Under the pieces are notes generated by a model, which did no database searches, was not told where the DNA came from, and saw nothing but the letters and a program-made list of their open reading frames with translations. A DNA stretch of 56,787 nucleotides, the filler included, from Theionarchaea archaeon (lineage in GTDB: Archaea > Methanobacteriota_B > Thermococci > Methanofastidiosales > SZ-28-30), in NCBI GenBank assembly GCA_018992565.1. It is 3 parts of 3 records of this genome, joined end to end, with 100 filler letters (N's around TTAATTAATTAA, not from the genome) between each part and the next. Parts side by side here need not be neighbours in the genome. Positions count along the whole stretch, not along the records: positions 38,602 to 56,787 come from JACVGW010000056.1; 2 more parts are not named here. One strand, 5' to 3'. How positions within the stretch are numbered: the first letter of the stretch is position 1; each line of letters begins with the position of its first letter. The position numbers and the translations under genes were made by a program. Positions 48,238 to 56,787 of the stretch are shown here, one piece after another.

Positions 48238-49659
48238 TCAGGTCTTAATTCCTCTCTTTCTCCTTCGTATCTTCCTCACGTAGTACACCAGTGGATTCTT
48301 GACCCGCAGCAGTACTAGAACATCATCCTTGTGGAGGTTATGCAGTATCCTGTTCACTTCTCCCAGATTCACACCTGAGGCTTCCACGATCTTCTGGGGG
48401 TTCCTGGTCCTCTTGAGGGTTAAGAGCACCTTTTGTGCATCTCCTGTATTGCTGCTGATGAGCTGGTCCAGTCTCGTGCGATCTGCTATTGCATAAATCC
48501 CCTGGAGACACAGCTCGTCTGGCTTACAGAGAGAAGGTGCATTCTGCTTGACTTTGGCGCAACTGGGAGGGAGGTACCATTTTGATGCACCGAAATCCCC
48601 GGGAGAAGGAGATTCAGAAAGGCCAAATCCCAGGTGGTAGAAAACATTTGCCTGCTCAATGGGCTGGTCCTGAAACAAAGGGGGATCACACTTATTACCT
48701 GCTTCGATGATCAGGGGAGCTACTTCCTCCAGAATGATCTCAACCTGCTCAGGAGAGAGTTCAGGTTTCTTTTCCTGGTCAAATGCAGTCAGGGAAGGAT
48801 ACACCCTGGCATAGGATAGAAAAGCAGTCAGCAAAACGGTAATAGCATAATTTCTCAGTCCAGAGGATGTGCCCTGCAGGGCCTCCCTGACGCAGGGAGG
48901 AAATGCGCTTTCATCAAAGTCTGCAGCCCCCACAGGCGCTATTGACACAGCAGGAACTTCAGAAGAAATAAGGTTCAGTATCTTGGCGAACACAGGAGGA
49001 AGGGCAACATGCTGGGTTCTGTGTTCCTCCCGTTTCTCATCTATATATGCCTTCAGAGCTTTGGTAAGCAACTCCAGGTACACATCAATGAGCTGTGATC
49101 TGGTGAGAGGAATCCACCCTCCCACGATGTAATACTGGGTAAGGTCAGAATCAGCAACATCTACCCAGCGCACTGCATACTGCAGATGGTCTCCCTCAGG
49201 CACCAGACGGAAAACGTCTTCCCGTGGAATTGTGATTTCTGTTTCAGAAAGAGTGCAAAGAGAGGAAATACCTTTCATAGCGTCCAGGACGTCCAGCCTG
49301 ATTTTCTGGTTGTCGAGCGCATACCATAACCTCTCTCGTATGGGTTCCACTACCATTTTCACAACCAACCCTGCCTCACGAGAATGAGAACCCTTCCTGG
49401 CAACAGATACCAGGGGGAAGAGCTGGTAGAGAACCTCCTTTGAGGGATCAGTCTCAATTGTAGTACTTCTCCGGGTATCCTCAGAATCCGAGGTCATATC
49501 AGAAAGCCTTTTCTTGATTTCGGGGACAATATCCTTTTCCTCATAGTGAGTATTCTCAAGCATGGACTTATAGATGGGATCCAGTGGATTGATCAAGATT
49601 CGCTCTTCAGGGAGAAATAATTGCTTTCTGAACCACTCTGCCTCACCATACTTCACCAC
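48238..49659 (-). CDS. priL: DNA primase large subunit, Thermococcales-type
   Basis: Fe-S C-terminal domain motifs FPPCVREALQG..GLRNYAITVLLTAFLSYAR, CDPPLFQDQP, YHLGFG, WYLPPSC...LCKPDELC, KNPLVYY. Confidence 0.88.
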   Translation of the reverse strand: MVKYGEAEWFRKQLFLPEERILINPLDPIYKSMLENTHYEEKDIVPEIKKRLSDMTSDSEDTRRSTTIETDPSKEVLYQLFPLVSVARKGSHSREAGLVVKMVVEPIRERLWYALDNQKIRLDVLDAMKGISSLCTLSETEITIPREDVFRLVPEGDHLQYAVRWVDVADSDLTQYYIVGGWIPLTRSQLIDVYLELLTKALKAYIDEKREEHRTQHVALPPVFAKILNLISSEVPAVSIAPVGAADFDESAFPPCVREALQGTSSGLRNYAITVLLTAFLSYARVYPSLTAFDQEKKPELSPEQVEIILEEVAPLIIEAGNKCDPPLFQDQPIEQANVFYHLGFGLSESPSPGDFGASKWYLPPSCAKVKQNAPSLCKPDELCLQGIYAIADRTRLDQLISSNTGDAQKVLLTLKRTRNPQKIVEASGVNLGEVNRILHNLHKDDVLVLLRVKNPLVYYVRKIRRRKRGIKT

Positions 49660-50024
49660 GTGACCACCTTATGGGAAAGCCTGCTGCCATCCCGGGCATA
49701 GAACTGGATACTCTGTTCTGTATAGGGAAACCCAATTATGGCATGATACTTTCCAAAGACAGAGAAGAACCGCAGATCGCTGGGAGAAGGGGTAACATTC
49801 GCAGAAGGATGAGAATGAGCAGTTCCACTAACAGAAGAATCAATAGGGAGGTTCCAGTAGTTGACGATAGAGCCTGTCTTACCGAATATAGTCCCGGGAA
49901 CCAACAAAATCTCAGTAATCACTCCCTTTTGTTCTCTCAAGAACCCTGCAAATTCATCAGGATGTGTGCTCTTACAGGCGTGGAGCAGAAATTCCAGCGT
50001 TTCATCCTCTATCTGGACTTCCAT
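49653..50024 (-). CDS. JAMM/MPN+ (Mov34) metalloprotease
   Basis: HPDEFAG Glu and the JAMM motif HSHPS...PSPSD. Confidence 0.9.
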   Translation of the reverse strand: MEVQIEDETLEFLLHACKSTHPDEFAGFLREQKGVITEILLVPGTIFGKTGSIVNYWNLPIDSSVSGTAHSHPSANVTPSPSDLRFFSVFGKYHAIIGFPYTEQSIQFYARDGSRLSHKVVTW

Positions 50025-50239
50025 GTAGGTTCTGTACTGTCGAAAATTATAAAGGTTGCCCTGCAAAGAAATGAAAGAGCACTGGTAATCTGGTTCAAGC
50101 CAGAACAAGGGCGAGACACCAGATTCAATAGAAAAGATGGCCGTTGAAAATGGAGTATTCCAGGCAACACGTTATGGGAAATCGAAGAAGATGGTTGTCA
50201 TCAAAGCTCTGAAAGCTTCTCGGAACCCTGACTCGCCTT

Positions 50240-50521
50240 CTAGGACTCTGAAAAGTGATTTTCTTTTATGTAATTGTAATATTCTTCATATGAGTATGTG
50301 CAATCGAGATAGTCCAGAAATCGCCTGTTAGACATGTGGAGTTGCTTTGCCATTTTGGAAAGGAGTTTCTTGCTGATTTCACTATGAGAAGACCCCCTAC
50401 TCACTATGGTACTCACAGCTATTTTTCGGTCAACTTTCATGGAGTATATTTCATGATTGCTGCCCTCGCTTCTCTCGAAACCCTTATTCGTTAAAGCGGA
50501 TCTTATCTTACGGATTTTCAT
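50240..50521 (-). CDS. HicA-like toxin
   Basis: Small basic protein; LTNKGFERSEGSNHE (catalytic His) and EISKKLLSKMAKQL. Confidence 0.72.
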   Translation of the reverse strand: MKIRKIRSALTNKGFERSEGSNHEIYSMKVDRKIAVSTIVSRGSSHSEISKKLLSKMAKQLHMSNRRFLDYLDCTYSYEEYYNYIKENHFSES

Positions 50522-50540
50522 GCAAATCACGATCAAATTC

Positions 50541-51611
50541 CTAGCTGAAGATCTTGATGAGTTTTTCTTTTATCTTTAGAGTTCTTTCGGACAATTCATT
50601 GTCTGGAACTTTCCTATAGAACAAAAAATATTCATACAGGTCCTCTTCGAATACCTTTCTTGCTTTTTCAACAGTATCATCTACTCCTACTACTCCCAGC
50701 TCCTCATTGCTCACTACCCAGAAATCATCTTTGTCATCGTACTTCTCAAATGATACTTCAGCTCGTATTGGTTCCTTCAGCAGATTCTCACCGATGTGGT
50801 CAATTATGAGCTCTGCGTTTTCTTCAATTCCGTCTATCTCTATGACTTCAGCGTACTTCTTCTTTGTTCCCACTCCAAACACCTTGACGGGGACTCTCTC
50901 AGTTAAAAATCTGATGACTTTCGTCCTTCGTTCCCTGGGTAGGCTTATCTTCGAAAGCCTGTTATCAAATGTTTTTATCCAAAAGACAGGATCAGGTGAA
51001 TCATCTTTCAACCTGACAATAACACCCTCGACTTCTAATCTGTCTGTCTCAATCTCTTCCTTCAAACCATCGGAAACACGATCTTTCAAGATCTTCTTAT
51101 TCATTTCAATGGCAACAGCCTGCCCTGCGGAGTCCTGGAAGATTATACTTTCCTGGATTTTATCCCCTGGAAGCAGTTCATTCAAATAGTTGAAGACTGT
51201 GAATCTGGCTGAATGGTCAGGTATGAGGTCTCTGACTTTGGATCGGTAGTCTCTTCCTCCATCCTGCAGGGAAACCAGCAATTCCTGCAATTTGTAGAAA
51301 ACATTCTCCTGTCTTGATTTCATCTCTGGAGATTCATCACTCGGATGCAACATAAGTTGCTCATGGAAAGTGGACATCCTCAGAACTACACTCCCTTCCT
51401 CGAATGAGACTCTTAGAGAATACCTGTCTTCTATGTTCTTTGTTCTCCTGCCATACATTCGACCTTCTTGGTCATAGTATTGTCCCAAAGAATAGACCAA
51501 TCCCTGAAAATTCAATAAGATGTTTCCAATGAGCTCTGCAGGTGCTCTGTCAATGGAGATATTATCTCCTTCAATTTTGTATAACACAGTCAGAGTATCC
51601 TTCATTTTCAT
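50541..51611 (-). CDS. Large hypothetical protein with C-terminal HicB-like antitoxin domain
   Basis: C-terminal FWVVSNEELGVVGVDDTVEKARKVFEEDL resembles the HicB core; lies immediately upstream of the hicA-like gene. Confidence 0.6.
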   Translation of the reverse strand: MKMKDTLTVLYKIEGDNISIDRAPAELIGNILLNFQGLVYSLGQYYDQEGRMYGRRTKNIEDRYSLRVSFEEGSVVLRMSTFHEQLMLHPSDESPEMKSRQENVFYKLQELLVSLQDGGRDYRSKVRDLIPDHSARFTVFNYLNELLPGDKIQESIIFQDSAGQAVAIEMNKKILKDRVSDGLKEEIETDRLEVEGVIVRLKDDSPDPVFWIKTFDNRLSKISLPRERRTKVIRFLTERVPVKVFGVGTKKKYAEVIEIDGIEENAELIIDHIGENLLKEPIRAEVSFEKYDDKDDFWVVSNEELGVVGVDDTVEKARKVFEEDLYEYFLFYRKVPDNELSERTLKIKEKLIKIFS

Positions 51612-52049
51612 GCAATGGCCTTCGTTTCTTATTACAGAAAGAACATATAAATCTGTTGGTACAAACGACTAATGAAAAGGATTACTGGCAGAAGAATTAG
51701 GATTCATCAGGATAAAAATTCCTTACTCTATGACCCAAAACAGTGCCTAATTAGAGAATTCACGAGCACTATGATCACTCGAATCCTTGATCATCAGCTT
51801 CTTGAAGGGCCTGTACACCCTCATCCCTCCGCCATTCAGCAAAGGTGGATCAGAAACGTCTGGGGAATTGATGGTTGAGAATTCGAACACGAAATGTGCA
51901 ATTCTATTCTATCCAGGTTCGCGAATCTCGAGATAGAAAAGTGAGAAATTCGTGAAGAGTGTTCAACAATTCTCTACATTCAGAATTTCGAATCCATAGT
52001 CCATAGAAAACTACTTATAGATCTCTATCCTGCCTGTGCACGGTGTAAC

Positions 52050-52579
52050 ATGTATCAGCAGAACATCATCACTGCTTTGCTGCTCACCACTGCAGCAGGC
52101 CTCTCCACAGGCATAGGGAGTGCCATTGCCTACTTTATAAGAAATCCCAAGATGAAGTATCTCTCTTTTTCCCTGGGACTCTCAGCAGGCGTGATGATCT
52201 ACATATCATTCATGGAGCTCCTTCCCAGTGCAATACAGGGAATAGGTGAGCCCTGGGCTGTCCTGATTTTCTTTGGAGGGATTGCACTAATCGGAGTAAT
52301 TGACTGGCTTATACCTGAATCCAAGAATCCCCACGACTACAAAGGACCTGCAGAGATTGAAATCCCTGGAGGAGGTTCTGCATCCAGCCAGCTCATGAGG
52401 ACTGGTGTTCTGACTGCCATTGCCATTGGAATCCATAATTTTCCAGAAGGACTTGCCACCTTCGGCATGGCTCTCACCAATGTAAATCTGGGTGCAATTG
52501 TTGCAGTAGCTGTTGCCATCCACAATATTCCTGAGGGAATCTCAGTGTCTGTACCCATATTCTATGCCACCAAGAGCAG
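52050..52579 (+). CDS. zupT: ZIP family zinc transporter ZupT (truncated by gap)
   Basis: Motifs AGLSTGIG, SAGVMIYISF.ELL, AIGIHNFPEG, AIHNIPEGISVSVP. Confidence 0.93.
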
Positions 52580-52679
52580 NNNNNNNNNNNNNNNNNNNNN
52601 NNNNNNNNNNNNNNNNNNNNNNNNNNNNNNNNNNNNNNNNNNNNNNNNNNNNNNNNNNNNNNNNNNNNNNNNNNNNNNN
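52580..52679. other. 100-N scaffold gap
   Basis: Run of N. Confidence 0.97.
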
Positions 52680-52713
52680 TCACAACACCTCTCAGACCCA
52701 CTCAAAGGATAGG

Positions 52714-52753
52714 TTTAAATACTCGAATTTTAGTTTTTAGTAAAAAGTAAAAT
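52714..52753 (+). promoter_or_regulatory. TATA box (TTTAAATA) followed by a 27-bp near-perfect palindrome (probable operator)
   Basis: ATTTTAGTTTTTA-G-TAAAAAGTAAAAT at 52727-52753 has one mismatch and lies just before the regulator start. Confidence 0.65.
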
Positions 52754-52755
52754 AT

Positions 52756-53307
52756 GTGATCAAGATGATTGAAATAGACGTACGCAGGCTCCTGTCCTCT
52801 TTCGCCAAAATGTCAAAACAGTGGGGGATAGGAGAATCAGCAGGAAATGTCTGGGGTTTTTTGCTCTATGAAGCCAGACCACTGTCCCAACGACAAATCG
52901 AAGAGAATATCAAGTTCAGCAGAGGACTCATCAGCAGAAGCCTCACCAGGCTCGTTGATCTGGGGATAATTGAGAAATTCAAGAAAGGGAGGGAATCTTA
53001 CTATTCTTCAGATATCTCCTTGGTGGGTGGATTCGACAAGATTATGGAGAATTTTCTGAAAACTGAAATAGAACCTGTTATGAACTACCTGTCGAAAAAC
53101 CTGAACAGAACAGAAGATGAGACTACTCAGGAGAAGATTCGCAGGATGATAGGCGAATACGAGAAACTGGTTACCGGAATCCAGGTTTTTTCCAAAATTA
53201 TGAAAAGATATTCCTCTCCTGATGCTAGAATTCCTACCCAGGCTGAAATAGTAAAAGTGTTTGAAAATCACTTCAAGAGCCGCCAGAAAAGTACAGATGG
53301 GTGCTGA
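52756..53307 (+). CDS. GbsR/MarR-family wHTH transcriptional regulator
   Basis: WGIGESAGNVWGFL....PLSQRQI....FSRGLISRSLTRLVDLGII...RESYY. Confidence 0.82.
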   Translation: MIKMIEIDVRRLLSSFAKMSKQWGIGESAGNVWGFLLYEARPLSQRQIEENIKFSRGLISRSLTRLVDLGIIEKFKKGRESYYSSDISLVGGFDKIMENFLKTEIEPVMNYLSKNLNRTEDETTQEKIRRMIGEYEKLVTGIQVFSKIMKRYSSPDARIPTQAEIVKVFENHFKSRQKSTDGC

Positions 53308-53455
53308 AATGACTTCTGGGAATATCCCGGGAATGAATCGCAGTGATGTACAGGAAGGACGAAAGATGAATCCAGAATTCCCGAGCGATTTTCTTTCACT
53401 ACTCTCCATCAGGTTGACAGGGAGCATGCGCGGATTCTGTCTGGAAGGTGATTGA

Positions 53456-55378
53456 ATGTCATTTGACCGAATCTTACTGGTGAAACCCAGAGGAAAAAGT
53501 GGGTTAGGGTTCTCTGCTGATGTAATTCCCATAGGACTGGAGTATATTGCTTCATCCATAGAAAAAGAAGTTGAAAAAGTCTGGATAGTTGATATGGAGC
53601 TCGAAAAGCTTTCATTCGAGCAGATACTGGATCTTGTCCAGCCAGATTTGGTGGGCATAACAATGTCTGCAACAGATCACCATGAAGGCCTCTGTCTCGC
53701 TGGAACAGCCAGGAAAGCCGGCAGTACCACTGTGGTAGGCGGTTACCACCCTACTGCAATTCCAGACGAATTGCTCTCCCACTCACAGGTTGATATTATC
53801 GTCAGGGGGGAGGGTGAGTCTACCATGAAGGAGCTGGTTCGGACAGACTCTCTTGAGGATGTATCCGGTGTCTCCTACAAAAAGAATGGAAAGATCACAC
53901 ATAACCCTGACAGGCATGTCGTGGAGAATCTGGATTCTCTTCCGTTCCCCGCAAGGAACTACAGGAGGCACAAATACAGAGATCACCTGGACAATAGTGG
54001 CAGAGAATTTGACGTGATTTCAATGTCGCGTGGCTGCTGGGGGAGGTGCATTTTCTGTTGCGAACCTTATATGAGTAACAGCCACATGCGGTTCAGGTCG
54101 CCTGAAAACATCATGAAAGAACTGTCTGAAATCGTATCATTTCATCAGGGGAAGAAGCTGCGAATTCTTGTGACAGATCCTCATTTTATAGGCGACCCCG
54201 TGAGAATCAACCGGTTGTGCGATCTACTACAGGAACAGAGCCTGGATATCATGTTCTCTGTCATGACGCGTGTAGATGGCATCGTCAGGCATCCTGAACT
54301 TGTGAAGAAGATGTGTGATAGTGGTATTTTGAACTATGAAATGGGATTTGAAAGTGTGAGCCAGGAAGACCTGGACAATGTCAGGAAGGGGACAACGCTT
54401 GACATGCAAAGGGAGGCTGTAAGAATACTACGAGAACACGGGGCAAATGTATCTGGTACCTTTGTTATCGGGTTGCCAGGCCAGGGCACAGAGCTCATAA
54501 AGCAATTTCCTGTCTATGCCAAAGAAATCGGACTGATGAACTGTGCATTTGGCATAGCGACACCCTTTCCCGGGACAGGATTCTATCAGGAACTGGAAAC
54601 GAGTGGTCTCATCTTTGAACGTGATTGGACGAAATATGATGAAATGCATTCTGTGTTCAGGTCAACACCACTGACAGCGCGAGAGCTGGAGAGAATGCAG
54701 AGCTATTGTACAGCACGGTTCTGGACCCTCAACACATTCCTGGATAGAGCCAGCATCCTGAACAAGAGAGCTGACGAAAAGATGTCACTGGTGCAGTTCG
54801 TGCATGACGTAGTCTCAAAAGCAAAGTTTGCCAGAGATGTTGGCTACGACTTGAGAGCTCACGGAATGAAAGACCATATGGAAGTATTCTTGAATGCACT
54901 CACAGATGCTGAGCTGGAAGAAAATGAAAGGAATATGCGTATACACGACATTATAGAAATGTCCACATTTCTGAGGATTCTGGGACCACAGCTCATTCAG
55001 CTTTCTTTGATGTTCGATGGACAGGTGGTCAGCTATGTCGTGAGAACTACAGACCGGAGCGTGGAATATGTGAGAATAATCCGTGGAAAAGAAGACGGCT
55101 CATCTATAGGTATGAATTTTAACCTGGATGAGGTGACTACTAACTCCTTCAAGGTTAATTCACTGCTCAATCCAGCAAATTATGTCTCCACTTTCAAAAG
55201 GATAGAGGGTGAAAGGAAAGTCCTGAATGGATTCAGATTATGTCTTGCTCTGACATTGTGCCTCAGTCTTTCGCATGCAAGAGAAAAAATGCTGTCCTGG
55301 AATGATACCCTGAGAGAGAATGAGATTTTGGGTAAAATCCTCAATGGCAACATACCTGGTGGTGAACATGATGAATAG
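53456..55378 (+). CDS. Cobalamin-binding radical SAM enzyme with C-terminal extension
   Basis: B12-binding domain (PIGLEYIAS, PDLVGIT, GGYHPT, VRGEGE); SRGCWGRCIFC; RFRSPE; GFES; ATPFPGT. Confidence 0.9.
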   Translation: MSFDRILLVKPRGKSGLGFSADVIPIGLEYIASSIEKEVEKVWIVDMELEKLSFEQILDLVQPDLVGITMSATDHHEGLCLAGTARKAGSTTVVGGYHPTAIPDELLSHSQVDIIVRGEGESTMKELVRTDSLEDVSGVSYKKNGKITHNPDRHVVENLDSLPFPARNYRRHKYRDHLDNSGREFDVISMSRGCWGRCIFCCEPYMSNSHMRFRSPENIMKELSEIVSFHQGKKLRILVTDPHFIGDPVRINRLCDLLQEQSLDIMFSVMTRVDGIVRHPELVKKMCDSGILNYEMGFESVSQEDLDNVRKGTTLDMQREAVRILREHGANVSGTFVIGLPGQGTELIKQFPVYAKEIGLMNCAFGIATPFPGTGFYQELETSGLIFERDWTKYDEMHSVFRSTPLTARELERMQSYCTARFWTLNTFLDRASILNKRADEKMSLVQFVHDVVSKAKFARDVGYDLRAHGMKDHMEVFLNALTDAELEENERNMRIHDIIEMSTFLRILGPQLIQLSLMFDGQVVSYVVRTTDRSVEYVRIIRGKEDGSSIGMNFNLDEVTTNSFKVNSLLNPANYVSTFKRIEGERKVLNGFRLCLALTLCLSLSHAREKMLSWNDTLRENEILGKILNGNIPGGEHDE

Positions 55379-56390
55379 AGAAACCGGGCTCCTGGAAACA
55401 TACAGCCTCATAAGAGACCTCTCGTCCACAGGTTCCCGTGTAGACAGTGAACTGCTTGACAGAATGATGTACAGTGCAGAAACACTGCCACCACTGGGAA
55501 AAGAGTACTGGTGGTTTCTTTTCTTTGGCCAAAATAATGGAACCCCAGTGCAGTTCATGCAGTTGATATTCAGAAAATACGGGAAAAAAATGCTGTTCAA
55601 CAATGAGGAAATGACATTCAGGAGGCCAAGAAAAGATGGGTTGAAAGCAGTCACAGCTGGCTGGATATATGATGGGAATGGGCTTCAAGACCTTGGAGAC
55701 ACCAACGCTTTTGTAGAAATCCTGGAGAACGAGGTTATCACAACAATTTCAGAGAGAAAAATGACTTTTGCTGGTAAGTATCCCCAGTACAAATTGAAAA
55801 TTGAAGATATCGTAGATCTTGACATCACCCAAGGGGAGCACCTCATAACCAGAGAAGCGTACGGAGTGTTCCTGCCTCCTTTTGGGATGGGGTGGGTTAA
55901 TATCTTCCTGGATGCACGCGGAACTCTACTCGGCAACCCCTTTGAAGGGACAGCGCATCTGCAGAAAGTGGTGGGAGCCACGATTTTTGGTCCATTTCAC
56001 TGGGGAAGAGTGGTTTTCAAGAATGGTTCATCAGTGACACTCTTCTGCCTCAAGACAGGAAAGAACTCAAAGACCTATCTTCGCAAGTCTCTGACTTTTT
56101 GTGATTCAGAAAGCGGTACCATAATGAAGCTCACCAATCCAAACCTGGAGATAGTGAAGGAAGGTGACACGTGGGTTATCAATGGCCGGGATGGAGAAAA
56201 AGAACTTGAAATTGTCCTGAAAATCTATGCCACAAAGCAGTACTCCATGAAAGGAGGAGGTTCACAGCAGTATATTGAATACGTGGTTGCACCTCAGGAA
56301 TTCAGATTCCGCCTGAAAGCTGAGAACAGAGTCATCACATTATGTGATCTGGGTGGGGGCGTGGGGACATTCGAGGACGCATTTTGGTAG
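55368..56390 (+). CDS. AttH/CrtC/tocopherol-cyclase-like beta-barrel protein
   Basis: N-terminal KEYWWFLF (EWWYF-like), FHWG, QQYIEY; beta-rich; overlaps the radical SAM stop. Confidence 0.55.
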   Translation: MMNRETGLLETYSLIRDLSSTGSRVDSELLDRMMYSAETLPPLGKEYWWFLFFGQNNGTPVQFMQLIFRKYGKKMLFNNEEMTFRRPRKDGLKAVTAGWIYDGNGLQDLGDTNAFVEILENEVITTISERKMTFAGKYPQYKLKIEDIVDLDITQGEHLITREAYGVFLPPFGMGWVNIFLDARGTLLGNPFEGTAHLQKVVGATIFGPFHWGRVVFKNGSSVTLFCLKTGKNSKTYLRKSLTFCDSESGTIMKLTNPNLEIVKEGDTWVINGRDGEKELEIVLKIYATKQYSMKGGGSQQYIEYVVAPQEFRFRLKAENRVITLCDLGGGVGTFEDAFW

Positions 56391-56596
56391 CCAATGGAAC
56401 TGGCTGGACGACGTCTGACTTTCAGAAGGTAATCCCAACTCACCTCACGTTCTGATGGTGTTATTGATCAACCTGCTGGACGTGAGAGCAGCAGTACAGT
56501 AACCTGAGCTGACAGAACATTTATATACGGGCATCGAATTCAACTCATTGTCCGTTGATACAACGGTAAATCTGCTCTGAGATCCAGGAGAGTACC

Positions 56597-56787
56597 ATGA
56601 ATGTGCTGAAGAAAGACGAAGGAAGGCTCTGCGGGCTGTTCTATATCCATACAGCTCTGGACGCTACATTTGCCGTGGTGTGGATATACTGGATGGTTTA
56701 TCTCCTGGACCGGGGATTTTCATACAGTGTCATTGGGCTGGCCCTGGCAGTGAATGGAGGTCTAATGGCTGTGCTGGAAGTCCCCAC
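56597..56787 (+). CDS. MFS transporter N-terminus (truncated at window end)
   Basis: SD AGGAG; MNVLKKDEGRL...YLLDRGFSYSVIGLALAV...VLEVPT. Confidence 0.72.
   Translation, partial: MNVLKKDEGRLCGLFYIHTALDATFAVVWIYWMVYLLDRGFSYSVIGLALAVNGGLMAVLEVP

Noticed and set aside
51612..52049. Recurrent GAATTC/TTCGAA-like words and a 68-aa ORF upstream of zupT
   Set aside because: No consistent period or consensus, and the ORF lacks an SD and protein-like features.

Overview
Archaeal metagenome-assembled sequence. A Thermococcales-type PriL, a DUF835 sensor, an S-layer C-terminal motif and GGAGGTGA-type ribosome-binding (SD) sites suggest Theionarchaea or a relative of the Thermococci; this is inference. 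The window holds three separate contigs joined by artificial N-TTAATTAATTAA-N linkers (19756-19855, 38502-38601), plus two plain 100-N scaffold gaps. Contig 1 carries a divergent catabolic island (Lrp, W-AOR, ferredoxin, class III aminotransferase / M24 peptidase, creatininase-like hydrolase, Dpp/Opp ABC transporter, YczE), then iorAB and psd. Contig 2 carries surface proteins, a MEDS-PAS-GAF-DUF835 sensor, tRNA-Gly, a type IV pilus assembly operon, a KaiC/GvpD-like ATPase, acdB and carbamate kinase. Contig 3 holds the most unusual locus. A CHAT (caspase-like) protease-STAND NTPase-TPR gene lies divergent from a small Arg-Gly-linker protein, a double-wHTH-TPR regulator and an unannotated 31-aa Gly/Pro-rich peptide gene with its own promoter, an arrangement resembling RRNPP peptide signalling. 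Contig 3 also has PriL with an apparent wHTH insertion, a JAMM protein, an atypical long-HicB/HicA pair, and a MarR + B12-radical SAM + AttH/CrtC-like operon that may modify lipids. All calls come from reading motifs by eye; no searches were run.
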